Below, piece after piece: positions 30,268 to 40,503 of a DNA stretch of 64,000 nt (position 1 is its first letter; each line of letters begins with the position of its first letter). The DNA is from Escherichia phage vB_EcoM_G4507, in sequence record NC_054919.1; one strand, written 5' to 3'. The notes under the pieces are model-generated. The model ran no database searches. It saw only the letters and a program-made list of their open reading frames with translations, and had not been told where the DNA came from. The position numbers were made by a program, and so were the translations under genes.

Positions 30268-30954
30268 TTAAAAATCGTGGGTAGAATCAGCTTCAAGAGC
30301 TACCACATAATTCGCGTGTTCACCTTCAAATTTAGCAGCACCTTGTTTACCTTTTGCCCAGAGCAGAAGTTTATAATTTCCTGGTTGCATTTTCATATTT
30401 GCCATATTGATAATGAAATTAAATGTATTTTCACCATCATAATCACCAAGAGTCAAAGAATATTTAACACGGGTCAGAGCAGAATCTTCTACTTTATTAA
30501 AACCGTTAATTACGATTTTACCTTCTTTTACCGTGATAGCAATTGTATCAATTTGCAGACCACGAGATACACGCAACAGTTGTTGAAGGTCTTCAGCTTT
30601 AATTTCAGTAACAACAGATGCTACCGGGAATGGAATTGGTTTATTAGGAGCAACTACTGTACTCGGATCGGCTGCTGGCCAAAAAATTGTTGAACGAGCA
30701 TCAGCAATTTTAATATTTCCATCTTCTGACTGGGAAATTTCTGCGTCATCATTAACTAGAGACAGAATACCGAGAAAACCGTTCAAATCGTAAATTGCTA
30801 CATCAAAATCAATAACGTCAGAAATATTTGCTTCCGCATAAGTTGTACCATTAACTGCGCGAGTCATAATAAATTGACCGGATTTAAGCATAATACCAGA
30901 GTTAATAGTAGCGAAATTTTTAAGCAGAGCAGTAGTATCTTTAGACAGTTTCAT
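30268..30954 (-). CDS. 45: sliding clamp
   Basis: 228 aa, matches T4 gp45. Confidence 0.93.
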   Translation of the reverse strand: MKLSKDTTALLKNFATINSGIMLKSGQFIMTRAVNGTTYAEANISDVIDFDVAIYDLNGFLGILSLVNDDAEISQSEDGNIKIADARSTIFWPAADPSTVVAPNKPIPFPVASVVTEIKAEDLQQLLRVSRGLQIDTIAITVKEGKIVINGFNKVEDSALTRVKYSLTLGDYDGENTFNFIINMANMKMQPGNYKLLLWAKGKQGAAKFEGEHANYVVALEADSTHDF

Positions 30955-31009
30955 GTAATTTCCTTCAATTCAAATGAGATTTAATTTTATAACTAATTAA
31001 ATAAAGCAA

Positions 31010-31399
31010 TTAACGATTAAAATCAGCTGCGATTGTTTCGGCAACAATTTGAGCAGCAACAATCAGACGTTCATCTGCATTGCCGCAATATTCATCTTCA
31101 AGGCGTTCACCACATGAAGTCATAATAAATTTAGCACCGGCGTTTAGAGATTCTGTAGTATGTTTGCGCATTAGTTCAATCCATTTATTACTTACTTCAC
31201 GATCGATAGCTTCATAATACGCATGACGAGCAGGTGCAGATTTAATTTTGTTCTGAATAACTTCCATTGCGTTATCAGAAAGAGACAAAACCCATGCTCG
31301 ACGAATTTTATTTTGGTTTTGTGGATTTGATTCAGAACGCACGTGTTTTGGCTGAATATCTTTTACATCAACAGTATAATTCACAGTAATTTTAGTCAT
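31010..31399 (-). CDS. rpbA: RNA polymerase-binding protein RpbA
   Basis: 129-aa ORF downstream of 45, T4 synteny. Confidence 0.75.
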   Translation of the reverse strand: MTKITVNYTVDVKDIQPKHVRSESNPQNQNKIRRAWVLSLSDNAMEVIQNKIKSAPARHAYYEAIDREVSNKWIELMRKHTTESLNAGAKFIMTSCGERLEDEYCGNADERLIVAAQIVAETIAADFNR

Positions 31400-31408
31400 A
31401 ATACACCT

Positions 31409-31597
31409 TTAGTCATAATAATCAGTAACAGTCCAAGCTTCATTTCTATTGGACATTATTTTTGTATATTCTGCTTTAAATGCATTCCTAAGCATAGATT
31501 CAGTAACTATATGCTCTTCATTAGAAAAATTATTTCTCAGAATATATCGTTTTATTTCAGGAAAAGTTAATAAATGCTGTCCAGTTGAATATTCCAT
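31409..31597 (-). CDS. hypothetical protein (45.2-like)
   Basis: 62-aa ORF. Confidence 0.5.
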   Translation of the reverse strand: MEYSTGQHLLTFPEIKRYILRNNFSNEEHIVTESMLRNAFKAEYTKIMSNRNEAWTVTDYYD

Positions 31598-31652
31598 GTT
31601 TTTCCTCCATAGAGATTATACTCTAATAAATTAAAGCATAATCTCTTATAAA

Positions 31653-33335
31653 TTAAACCATTACAGTAAATCGACCAACTTTCTTCATTTGAAGATGCTG
31701 ACCATATTCTTGCGGGTCATGGTCTTTATGCGAAATTATAAAAACATTAGTGTTTTTCATTGAATTTATAATATTAGCTACACCTTTAATACCTTCGGCA
31801 TCAAATGACCCATCAAACACTTCATCAAGAATTAATGTACTAATACTAACACCAGATACGATAGAAGCAATATCACGCCAAGTAAATAAAAGAGCAATAT
31901 CAATTCGTGCCTTTTCACCTTCACTAAATGAAGCATAACTAAAATCTTCACGACCACGGGATTTAATTGTCTCATTAAATTCTTCATCTAATGTAAACAC
32001 ATAATCCGCTTCCATTATTTTAAGATAATGGTTAATCTGCTTATTAAATAATGGAATGTACTTTTTAATAATAGCACCTTTAATACCAGAATCTTTGAGC
32101 ATATCAGTCAAAATTCCTCGGTGGTATTTTTCCATTACTAAATTAGTTTTTGTCTTAACAATTTTATCAAGTTCTTCTTGAAGCAATGCTATTTCATCAG
32201 CATGGTCAATAAACTCGGATGATGCTTTTTCTATAGCTGCTTTAACTTTTTTAGCTTTATCTACTGTCGTGATTAGAGATTGCTTTTTATTGCGAATATC
32301 ATTTGCCAACGACTGCTGGGTTTTAATATTATCTCGGTATTCATCAACAAGAACTTTTAAATTATCACGGTGTGTTGAAAGCTGTTCAAACGAATGCGTA
32401 CATTCAGAAACTTTATCTTTAATTTTAGAAACAACTTTATCACCGGAACTTAATTGTGACAAACAGGTTGGACATAATCCACCTTCGTGATACATATTAA
32501 TGACTTTATTATACGAGTCAATTTTTGATTTAATTAAAACTGCTTCTTGACCGATTTTATTAAATGCATCAGTCGGGTCTTCATCTAAAACAATATTAAC
32601 TAATCTTTCATTAGCTTCTTCTATTTCCGATTTTAGCGTTCTAGCTTCTTTTGCCAAATCATCATACATATTTTGAAGACGAGTAAGGTTGTCACCCGTT
32701 AATTTTTTCTGGCGTTCAACGTTATCATTATATATTTTAATTTGTTGGATAATACTATCTTTTTTAACATCAAGCACTTGGTTCTGTGAGTTTAATTCAC
32801 GTATTAGTGCTTTATTAAGCTTATCCATTTCAGCTAATGTTCCTACCTCAAGCAGGTCTTCCACAAGCTTTCTTCGCGCAGGGGTCGACAAACCCATGAA
32901 AGGGGTATACCCTGCTGTACCAAGGACAACAATCTGCTTGAAACTGGCATATGACATTCCGATAAGCTGTTCAAATTCTGCTTGGAAATCTTTACTGCTG
33001 GCAGATTCATTAAGACGTGTACCGTTAACGGTGATTTCAAAAACGTTCGGTTTTTGTCCTCTTTTGATATAGTACTTTTTCTCATCATATTCCATCCACA
33101 GTTCAACTAAAAGTTCTTTCTTATTTGTGCTGTTTATTAATTGACCTTTCTTTACATCACGAAATGGCTTGCCAAAAAGCCCAAATGTGATGGCTTCTAG
33201 CATAGTAGACTTACCACCGCCATTTCGTCCAGTAATAAGAGTTTTTTGAACCTTATCTAATTGAATGTCAATAGGATTTCCACCTACTGACATTATATTT
33301 TGATACCTAACTCGGTTTAGTTTAAAATTCTTCAC
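31653..33335 (-). CDS. 46: recombination endonuclease subunit (Rad50/SbcC-like ATPase)
   Basis: 560 aa; Walker A GRNGGGKST, coiled-coil with CPTC zinc hook, signature and Walker B at C-terminus. Confidence 0.93.
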   Translation of the reverse strand: MKNFKLNRVRYQNIMSVGGNPIDIQLDKVQKTLITGRNGGGKSTMLEAITFGLFGKPFRDVKKGQLINSTNKKELLVELWMEYDEKKYYIKRGQKPNVFEITVNGTRLNESASSKDFQAEFEQLIGMSYASFKQIVVLGTAGYTPFMGLSTPARRKLVEDLLEVGTLAEMDKLNKALIRELNSQNQVLDVKKDSIIQQIKIYNDNVERQKKLTGDNLTRLQNMYDDLAKEARTLKSEIEEANERLVNIVLDEDPTDAFNKIGQEAVLIKSKIDSYNKVINMYHEGGLCPTCLSQLSSGDKVVSKIKDKVSECTHSFEQLSTHRDNLKVLVDEYRDNIKTQQSLANDIRNKKQSLITTVDKAKKVKAAIEKASSEFIDHADEIALLQEELDKIVKTKTNLVMEKYHRGILTDMLKDSGIKGAIIKKYIPLFNKQINHYLKIMEADYVFTLDEEFNETIKSRGREDFSYASFSEGEKARIDIALLFTWRDIASIVSGVSISTLILDEVFDGSFDAEGIKGVANIINSMKNTNVFIISHKDHDPQEYGQHLQMKKVGRFTVMV

Positions 33336-33595
33336 AAAAGATTCCTTTTAATGTATCTTTTAGACCATTCTATCATATCATCATAATCTAAAAAGTATTC
33401 ATCAAATTCAGCCATGCAAACAACGCCTTGTGCTGTTTTTGATGTAATATAAATTATTCCAACATATCTAGAATCTTCTTCGGTGTAATCAATATTTGCT
33501 ATGAATTCATCATTAATGTCAAATGTCGAAAACTTCACAGTATGCATCCTTAATACAAGATACAGCCATATCTCGTAATGATTTAGGTGTGTCAT
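33332..33595 (-). CDS. hypothetical protein (46.1-like); start uncertain
   Basis: 87-aa track ORF; overlaps next ORF. Confidence 0.45.
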   Translation of the reverse strand: MTHLNHYEIWLYLVLRMHTVKFSTFDINDEFIANIDYTEEDSRYVGIIYITSKTAQGVVCMAEFDEYFLDYDDMIEWSKRYIKRNLL

Positions 33596-33782
33596 TATCT
33601 AAAATGTTGAAGTTAAAAGATACAGCCCAGTCAGTGCAGACCGTGACCTTTTTAATACAATTATCTTCAACCTCTAGCGGTTCAAACCAATATTCAATAA
33701 TTTCTTTATGACCAATATCATCTTTTACTTCGCATTCAAAATGCTGACTCATCATAACATTTTTAAATTCATCAAAAGTCAT
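33519..33782 (-). CDS. hypothetical protein (46.2-like)
   Basis: 87-aa ORF, 4-nt overlap with gene 47. Confidence 0.5.
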   Translation of the reverse strand: MTFDEFKNVMMSQHFECEVKDDIGHKEIIEYWFEPLEVEDNCIKKVTVCTDWAVSFNFNILDNDTPKSLRDMAVSCIKDAYCEVFDI

Positions 33783-34798
33783 TGTGTTGCCTCTACATAT
33801 AGCTGATTCGCATATTGAATAAGTGCTTCACGGTCAGAATCAGTGATGTCTGGAATTGCATTAATGTATTCTTCCATCAACGTCTGAAGAGATTGAACTT
33901 CAACTTCTTCACTGTCATCTGACTCGACAGAGTTATCAATCTTTGACACAACTCGTAATGAATGCACAACTTTTTCTAGTTCAGATTCGAACTTCGTTAG
34001 ATTTTTGTCTACTTCAGTTACTATAACACGTACTGATAGATTTGTAAAATCTTTATAGTCAATTTTTCCTTTAAATGGATAATGAATTCTACGATGCCAG
34101 GTAGTGTTGTTTGGAATAAATTCCATTCGTTCTGTTTCTGTATCAAACATCCAGAACCCACGAGGGTCATTCTCGTCACCTGCAGTTAGTGTCCATGGTG
34201 TCCCAATATATCTGACGTTAGCAGCCTCAGAGATAGTATGGAAGTGACCAGACCACACCTCTTTATAAGTCTTAAGGAAATCAGGTTCAAGACCGTGAGA
34301 TTTCATTCCTTTATAAAAATAAAATCCATTCAGTTCCCAGTGACCGACGCAAAAAGAAGCAGATGAAGTTTTGATGTGCTCAAGAATTTCACCAGTATTT
34401 TCTTCACACATCCAAGGAATTAAATCAATTAAACATCCGTCAAAATCTACTGTAGTAGGCTTATCATATACTTTAACATTAGGATATTTAGCCAAAAGCT
34501 CAGTAGAGGCATTTGGATGCATTACATTTTTGTAGTGGAGATCGTGATTTCCTACAATAGTATGTAATGTGATTCCAGCGTCATCAAGCATTTGAACTAT
34601 TTCACGGGCAAACTCCATAGTTTTATGCGTGATTGCTTTTCGCACATCAAAAATATCACCATATTGAATCCATACAGTAATTCCATTTTTCTTAGAATAT
34701 TCTATCGCTTGCTTAATTCCATCAATTTGAATACCGCGAATCCACTCATCATCAGCTTTAACGCCTAAATGCCAATCACCCAAGTTTAGTATTTTCAT
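33779..34798 (-). CDS. 47: recombination endonuclease subunit (Mre11/SbcD-like phosphoesterase)
   Basis: 339 aa; metallophosphoesterase motifs GDWHLG, GNHD, GHWE. Confidence 0.93.
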   Translation of the reverse strand: MKILNLGDWHLGVKADDEWIRGIQIDGIKQAIEYSKKNGITVWIQYGDIFDVRKAITHKTMEFAREIVQMLDDAGITLHTIVGNHDLHYKNVMHPNASTELLAKYPNVKVYDKPTTVDFDGCLIDLIPWMCEENTGEILEHIKTSSASFCVGHWELNGFYFYKGMKSHGLEPDFLKTYKEVWSGHFHTISEAANVRYIGTPWTLTAGDENDPRGFWMFDTETERMEFIPNNTTWHRRIHYPFKGKIDYKDFTNLSVRVIVTEVDKNLTKFESELEKVVHSLRVVSKIDNSVESDDSEEVEVQSLQTLMEEYINAIPDITDSDREALIQYANQLYVEATQ

Positions 34799-35399
34799 GG
34801 TGTCTTTTCCATCCTAATTTAGCTGCTTTTGAAACCAGTTCTTTAATTTTTCCTTTTGTCCATTCAGGACCAGGAGGTTCATGACATAACATTTGCTTAA
34901 CTCCGTTATTATACCATTTTTTACCTTTATTATGTGATGAAGCTTTAAATTTATTTGACCTTCCTTTTACATAACCTTCTGGAATATAAGGCAAAAAGGC
35001 AGATTTTCCTGTTAATGGATCATGTGAATGTATATTTCCTTTACAATTATGAGAACCATATAATGGATGATTTTGTCCTTTATTATCTCTTCCAAACGAA
35101 CCTTTTGGAGCAGCATATGACATATTAAAGAATAATGGATTTTTAACTGCATCATGCAATCGTTGATAATATAACTCGCATTTAATAGCTTCTTCACGCG
35201 TATCAAATTCAGCTAAAATGCATGAATCAAATAAGTGAGGATTATCTGAAAGCTCTTTATTATAAATTTTCTTATACTTTTTAGATAAAACTGAACCATG
35301 ATATCCAGCTAAATGCCTATCTAAAGACGTAGATCCAATATAAAAAGGAGGAAGTTTATCTCCACTATATATTGTTAAATAAGTTATATATTTTTTCAT
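34776..35399 (-). CDS. GIY-YIG homing-endonuclease-like protein
   Basis: 207 aa; YITYL...FYIGST...R...GYHG...E pattern; K/G-rich C-terminal half; overlaps start of gene 47. Confidence 0.6.
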   Translation of the reverse strand: MKKYITYLTIYSGDKLPPFYIGSTSLDRHLAGYHGSVLSKKYKKIYNKELSDNPHLFDSCILAEFDTREEAIKCELYYQRLHDAVKNPLFFNMSYAAPKGSFGRDNKGQNHPLYGSHNCKGNIHSHDPLTGKSAFLPYIPEGYVKGRSNKFKASSHNKGKKWYNNGVKQMLCHEPPGPEWTKGKIKELVSKAAKLGWKRHHENTKLG

Positions 35400-35562
35400 A
35401 TATCAAGAACCGTCATTGAAATGCAAAATAAAATTATTGAAATAAATCCATCTGGAGTGCTAAAGAACCCAATCCAACATGCTCTAGTGAATAAATAAAA
35501 TGCAAGAAAAAGTATCACATATCCAAGAAATATCATTATATCAAACTCCGTATAAAGCTAAA

Positions 35563-35574
35563 GGGCCGAAGCCC
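35563..35574 (-). terminator. GC hairpin (GGGC-cgaa-GCCC) after alpha-gt
   Basis: Immediately downstream of alpha-gt stop. Confidence 0.55.
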
Positions 35575-35575
35575 T

Positions 35576-36778
35576 TTATTTTGTAATAATGTCAAACTGT
35601 TCTTTAAAGCAGAAGCTTGAATCTTGGTGCTGATATAAAAATTCATATGCTTTTTCTCGCTCACGGTCATAAAGAGCTCGGTCAGATGACAGTTCTTTAA
35701 TACGTTCAAATGTTGATTCCATATCATTTTCATCAAACCAAATGATACCGCTATCATGCGAGGTCAAAGGAGTATTATCAACACGGAATTTTAAATTTTC
35801 GCCAGTAGATTTCCAAAATACCGGAATTGTTCCACATGCACCAAGCTCGAGATGAGTATATTCTAAAGAACGTTGTAGATATTTTTTGTCCAACTTACTC
35901 AGCTGATAACCAAATCCGGATTTACTCATGCGTTCAAGCATTTCGCTATTTACATAACGGTCAAGAATTTGCGTTGGCAAATTAGGAGCAATTTTAATTT
36001 GGTCTACTTGATGAAGACGATAATACTCGTATGGAATTCCTTTTTCTTTAATAGGAATGAACGCTGGAGAACGTTCCAGACCTTCCATAATAGTACTTAG
36101 TCCTGCAGGTTTAAGATGTTTTTCATGAAAATCAAACATCTGATAAAAGCCTTTCCATGTAGTCGTACGACCAATCCAACGGTTGATATTCATGTTAATT
36201 TCAGAAACATCTTTCCAGTAGGTTGACCGAACCTTCGCAATATCCATAGGAGGCTGAAAGTTATATACGGTCGGCGCTTCTTCAATATCATCAAACAGAG
36301 AAACTGTTTCTGGATACCATTCTTTCATCAAAACTTTATTAAAGTCACCATTATCAGAATGGCTAAAAATAACATCAGCTCGACGAACAGTTTCTTCTAA
36401 TCCCAAATTTCGGCGCAAAGAAAGAGAAGAATGGTCATGTTGATAAACTACAACACGAACCGAAGGTTTAATGTTATCAATAATTTTTTTATAGTTATTA
36501 ATAGTGTCTTCTTCAACCGAAGTAGCAGGAACTGAATTAATAATTAGAATATCACAATCATTTACCAGCTTAAGTGTTTTATCATATTCTTTTGCCAATA
36601 AAACCGGAATTGAAAATGATTTATAATCATGCGCGCAATTACGAGTAAATGATTTATCTTTAGCATAAACCAAAGTTACTTCATGACCATTTTTAATAAA
36701 CCAATCACGTTGCTCGAGTGAGAATTTTGTTACACCACAACCTTCAAGACCTCGAGCCATAAAAATACATACTTTCAT
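35576..36778 (-). CDS. a-gt: DNA alpha-glucosyltransferase
   Basis: 400 aa, CIFMARGLEGCGVTKFSLEQRDWFIKNGHEVTLVYAKDKSF matches T4 alpha-gt. Confidence 0.93.
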   Translation of the reverse strand: MKVCIFMARGLEGCGVTKFSLEQRDWFIKNGHEVTLVYAKDKSFTRNCAHDYKSFSIPVLLAKEYDKTLKLVNDCDILIINSVPATSVEEDTINNYKKIIDNIKPSVRVVVYQHDHSSLSLRRNLGLEETVRRADVIFSHSDNGDFNKVLMKEWYPETVSLFDDIEEAPTVYNFQPPMDIAKVRSTYWKDVSEINMNINRWIGRTTTWKGFYQMFDFHEKHLKPAGLSTIMEGLERSPAFIPIKEKGIPYEYYRLHQVDQIKIAPNLPTQILDRYVNSEMLERMSKSGFGYQLSKLDKKYLQRSLEYTHLELGACGTIPVFWKSTGENLKFRVDNTPLTSHDSGIIWFDENDMESTFERIKELSSDRALYDREREKAYEFLYQHQDSSFCFKEQFDIITK

Positions 36779-36844
36779 TTAATATCCTCTTTGTTTTGGT
36801 TTATTTTACCAAAAATTTATAAAGCAATATAGGAGCCGAAGCTC

Positions 36845-37036
36845 CTATCCACATAATACGCCATACAGAGGCTCGTTAGAACTTTTAAATTTTATGCGCT
36901 TATATTTTATAGTTCCTTCTGCTTTAGCTTTATCATGAGACTCTTTAAAGCGTCTCATCATTTCCTCTTGAGAGGAACGAATTTTATTATAATCTATTTC
37001 AGAAGTCTGGTGTTCATCTTTCATAACTGCCACCAT
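36845..37036 (-). CDS. hypothetical protein
   Basis: 63-aa ORF. Confidence 0.5.
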   Translation of the reverse strand: MVAVMKDEHQTSEIDYNKIRSSQEEMMRRFKESHDKAKAEGTIKYKRIKFKSSNEPLYGVLCG

Positions 37037-37227
37037 TTTTTGACTTGATAAGAATCAACCCACACTTTCATATTAGGGTCTGCTCTTACAATAGGAGGAT
37101 TAACTTCTTTAATTGAACTATCATGGTATTCTTTTTCAGAAATTTTCACACAAAGATGACCATTCAAAGATTCAGTAAATCCTGCATTAATTTTAAGACG
37201 CTTGAATTTTACGTGTGTAAGCATCAA
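37021..37227 (-). CDS. hypothetical protein
   Basis: 68-aa ORF. Confidence 0.45.
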   Translation of the reverse strand: MMLTHVKFKRLKINAGFTESLNGHLCVKISEKEYHDSSIKEVNPPIVRADPNMKVWVDSYQVKKWWQL

Positions 37228-37510
37228 TCATATCCTCAATCTGCGATCTAGTAGTCTTCCAAAGAATACTGATGAGTTCATCGTTATATGGCTGTTTCAG
37301 AATATCCCGACTTTTCTTGATAGCATATTCGTATTGAGCAAAATTATTGTTTTCAGCTGCGATCTGAGCGTGCTTATAAAGACGATTCAGTTCGCGTTTG
37401 TTTTTAGACAATAACTTATTTGCTTTTCTTTCTGCTTCAAGACGGTTCTTTTCTTCAATAGAAGAAATAAGCTTTTCCACTTCATCATTAATTTCGGGTT
37501 TATCAGTCAT
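37193..37510 (-). CDS. hypothetical protein
   Basis: 105-aa ORF. Confidence 0.55.
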   Translation of the reverse strand: MTDKPEINDEVEKLISSIEEKNRLEAERKANKLLSKNKRELNRLYKHAQIAAENNNFAQYEYAIKKSRDILKQPYNDELISILWKTTRSQIEDMIDAYTRKIQAS

Positions 37511-37511
37511 A

Positions 37512-37730
37512 TTATTTCTCTAATATAAAATAAAAATCATCATCTGTTAAATGATACCGATAGTTTAATTCTACACCATTAGATTTAAAAGCGGTATCAT
37601 ACGGATTTTCTGGATCAATATCAATGTCAAGAGCTAAAACTTCCCTGAGATACATTTTAAGTAAATAGGGAATAGCTTCAACTTCAGGTATTTCTTCCAA
37701 GAATCCGGAGAGGTTAATCGTTAGCCTCAT
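37512..37730 (-). CDS. hypothetical protein
   Basis: 72-aa ORF. Confidence 0.5.
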
Positions 37731-38271
37731 ATAAAAAATCCAAACTAGGAGAATCGTCTACAACACTTTTCTTTTCAGCCCCCGGTGTTCTATAGGTTGA
37801 TTCTTCGTAATGCGTCATTTTATCGTAGATGTCTTGAATAAAAGTTTCATCTACTAACGCAACCATATCGTCGTCACGACTGTCATAGACATTGTGAACG
37901 AAGTAACTGTATTTCTTTGCAACTTCCTTACGTTCTTTTTTAATACGTTGGACGAATGCATTAAAACAAGCTTGAGTTATATATGCATGCGGGTTTTTAT
38001 ATTTCGTTTCATCAAAATTGTGAAGCCCCTTAATAGAAGCTTCTATACCATCTGCAATCATTTCTTGTTTCCAAGACTGGGTGTATCCTGAAAAGTTGAA
38101 ACGTTTAGATAAGCCTTCTGCAATAAGCATAATGGCTAATCCGATAGTATCATTCTGACGAACTACTTTATTTGGGTCTTTATTATTTGCTAATTCTGTT
38201 TTCCAATCAATAATAGCTTGTAAAAGCTCTTTATTGTTTACGTAATTATATTTAGGCTTAGTTTCTGACAT
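37714..38271 (-). CDS. 55: late-transcription sigma factor
   Basis: Start at [23 protein letters not shown] (third codon of track ORF); 185 aa as in T4 gp55. Confidence 0.93.
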
Positions 38272-38349
38272 TTTCACCTCTTAGCTCAATTCATAGATCT
38301 ATTATATCATAATATTTGAAGATCTATCTTAAAGCATAGAGGATATCAG

Positions 38350-38619
38350 TTATCTAAGTAAGCAGTATGCTTGGAACACTTTCTCCATCATCTTTTTAAA
38401 TTCATGAATATCTATATAATGACTAGTTAAATCAGCATGATATAAAAAGTCTAAAAACTTTTCATGTGTGCTAACATATTCACTTTCATTTAATTCAGAA
38501 ACATGACTTTCCCAATATCCAACACCAGTCTTATTTGGGAAAAATGAAATTTTCATGTATTGGTCAACATAGAAAATGCCATAATTTTCAATAGTAATAG
38601 AAATATTAATAAATTTCAT
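38350..38619 (-). CDS. hypothetical protein
   Basis: 89-aa ORF. Confidence 0.5.
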   Translation of the reverse strand: MKFINISITIENYGIFYVDQYMKISFFPNKTGVGYWESHVSELNESEYVSTHEKFLDFLYHADLTSHYIDIHEFKKMMEKVFQAYCLLR

Positions 38620-38831
38620 TCATTCATCAACTTAGCCGCTTCAAGAGCTGCATCTAGTGAATCAAATTGGTCAACATATTCAATCAATTCGCCATAATTG
38701 GCATATAACCACCATTGGCTAAATTCATACTCAAGGATGAATCCATTTCCTTCAATTTGAGTTAAACCATTGCCGTTTGTATTTACTTCATATCCGGCAA
38801 GACGCAAATCGTTAATAAGAGCTTCGTTCAT
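38616..38831 (-). CDS. hypothetical protein
   Basis: 71-aa ORF. Confidence 0.5.
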   Translation of the reverse strand: MNEALINDLRLAGYEVNTNGNGLTQIEGNGFILEYEFSQWWLYANYGELIEYVDQFDSLDAALEAAKLMNE

Positions 38832-38833
38832 AA

Positions 38834-39160
38834 TTATACCTTAGTAATTTTCAGGTCTGCAAATTTTTTCTTACGTTGATTTTTCATGCGACGAATAGTT
38901 TTATCGGAAATTTCATGCTTTTGATAAGCTTTAGATTCTACACCAAAAGCTTTAACATCAAATTCTGACAAGATATATTGAACCAACAATTCACGGACAG
39001 TATTGCGTCCAATCTTCTGATCATTCTGTTTCATCGTCTGATGAAGCTCTTTTTCCCATTTATCCAAAATTTGAGGAGTTACAATATCGCCTTTTTCTAG
39101 CAAAGAAACTACTTTATCATATGCGTAAGAATTGATGGCGTTTTTAATTTGAATAGTCAT
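38834..39160 (-). CDS. hypothetical protein
   Basis: 108-aa ORF. Confidence 0.55.
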   Translation of the reverse strand: MTIQIKNAINSYAYDKVVSLLEKGDIVTPQILDKWEKELHQTMKQNDQKIGRNTVRELLVQYILSEFDVKAFGVESKAYQKHEISDKTIRRMKNQRKKKFADLKITKV

Positions 39161-39195
39161 ACATTATCCTCAATTACGTTAAAATTTTATTATCC

Positions 39196-39212
39196 AAAAA
39201 GGGCCGAAGCCC
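39196..39212 (-). terminator. intrinsic terminator
   Basis: Hairpin GGGC-cgaa-GCCC followed by UUUUU on minus strand. Confidence 0.65.
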
Positions 39213-39413
39213 TTAGCTAAACTTTTTGGCACCCTTCCAGCCTTCGTACATCATTGCGACTGACAATGACAAAGCTCCTTCACATGCTGCATACTTATTA
39301 TTCCAGAACCAATTTAGAAAAACTTCATCCTCAATACCATTGTGTTTCATGTTCTGGAAAAATTTGGCGCGTTCTTCAGCAATTCGCTGCGATAATTTAG
39401 ATTCAGGATTCAT
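39213..39413 (-). CDS. hypothetical protein
   Basis: 66-aa ORF; antisense 39226..39417 judged spurious. Confidence 0.5.
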   Translation of the reverse strand: MNPESKLSQRIAEERAKFFQNMKHNGIEDEVFLNWFWNNKYAACEGALSLSVAMMYEGWKGAKKFS

Positions 39414-39545
39414 TTAAATTTCCCAATTACCATTTTCATCAATAAATTTAATCCAGTCATTTACTGACCACTTAGTTGTATCACCTTTTGGGGTAACATT
39501 TAAAATATATAGCCCTTGCTTAAAAAGCATTCGTTTGATATTCAT
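39414..39545 (-). CDS. small hypothetical protein; start uncertain
   Basis: Internal ATG with GAGGA RBS chosen to avoid 77-nt overlap. Confidence 0.35.
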   Translation of the reverse strand: MNIKRMLFKQGLYILNVTPKGDTTKWSVNDWIKFIDENGNWEI

Positions 39546-39552
39546 ATTTTCC

Positions 39553-39846
39553 TCAGCTGTAACGATAGCACTCGTTTGATTTACGTTTAGCAACTCGTTG
39601 AGAAATATTATAATCAAAATCATCGTCAATGTAAACTGATTTTTTCAACTTTCTTACTTCACCACGTAATTGACGATTCAATTCATTCTTAACCTCTGAA
39701 TCAACACCTCGCATACGTCGCCATTTATCTGAGCGAAAAATGTTTTCAACCATATCTTTATGACTTACACCATCAGGAGCTTTACGCTTTCCGAAATAGT
39801 CATAATCACGCACTTTTAAGTCTTTACGACGATACGTTTTACCCAT
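39553..39846 (-). CDS. basic hypothetical protein
   Basis: Start moved to MGKTYRRKDLK to limit overlap. Confidence 0.45.
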   Translation of the reverse strand: MGKTYRRKDLKVRDYDYFGKRKAPDGVSHKDMVENIFRSDKWRRMRGVDSEVKNELNRQLRGEVRKLKKSVYIDDDFDYNISQRVAKRKSNECYRYS

Positions 39847-40021
39847 GGATTTTAATTTCCTTAGCAACTGAACTAAATGCAGCACGATCGCAAATCATGC
39901 GTTTATGTAACTTGAGTATAATATAGCAAACTTCAAAACTATTTACATGAGTAACACGAACAGCATTACCATTAATGAGATAATACTGTCCCTTTTTAAT
40001 TTCTTTATCAACCATAACCAT
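39839..40021 (-). CDS. hypothetical protein
   Basis: 60-aa ORF with early-type promoter upstream. Confidence 0.45.
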   Translation of the reverse strand: MVMVDKEIKKGQYYLINGNAVRVTHVNSFEVCYIILKLHKRMICDRAAFSSVAKEIKIHG

Positions 40022-40051
40022 ATCAATTCCTCAAAGGCAATTCATATGTTA

Positions 40052-40081
40052 ATAATACCACAGTTTGAGCTCGTTGTAAAC
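40052..40081 (-). promoter_or_regulatory. early-type promoter (GTTTAC -35, TATTAT -10)
   Basis: Minus-strand motif upstream of 39839..40021. Confidence 0.45.
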
Positions 40082-40179
40082 AACTTTGTGAAAATTATTT
40101 TAGGGAATGATAAGAAGGGAACGATAGCTTAGAATGGTAATATACAGAATGTGAGAAAGAAGGACCCAGAGGGCCCGTC

Positions 40180-40503
40180 TTAGTCTTCTATGATATCTCT
40201 ATCATATCCAAGTGAAATGAGAGTTTCTTTGAAGTGTTTAATGTTCTTTTGTCTAGAATCATTAATGAAAATGACTGGATAACGAATGTTAAGAGATGTG
40301 AATCCAGCGCGTTTAGCAAGAGATACAATCAGCGGACGATCATACTCAATCTTACCGTTATTTGTAAGAACTTTATAGAAAGTAAAAGGAGCATTGAGCT
40401 CCTTTAGAAGTTTTGTAACTGATTGACATCCAGGACAACGACCTACTTCTTCGGGGATGCCATAGATTTCAATCTTATTCTTTAAGTTCGAGTTTTGTTC
40501 CAC
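40180..40503 (-). CDS. nrdH: glutaredoxin-like protein (NrdH-like); start uncertain
   Basis: CPGC redox motif; track ORF runs far upstream; GTG at codon 44 is first in-frame start. Confidence 0.55.
   Translation of the reverse strand: MEQNSNLKNKIEIYGIPEEVGRCPGCQSVTKLLKELNAPFTFYKVLTNNGKIEYDRPLIVSLAKRAGFTSLNIRYPVIFINDSRQKNIKHFKETLISLGYDRDIIED

Noticed and set aside
35396-35536. 46-aa hydrophobic ORF immediately upstream of the GIY-YIG-like gene (ATGA overlap)
   Set aside because: Its start codon sits inside a TATAAT -10-like element with no RBS; more likely promoter sequence than a gene.
35536-35757. 73-aa ORF inside alpha-gt and 64-aa ORF 35012..35206 inside the endonuclease-like gene
   Set aside because: Internal alternative-frame ORFs within strongly supported genes.
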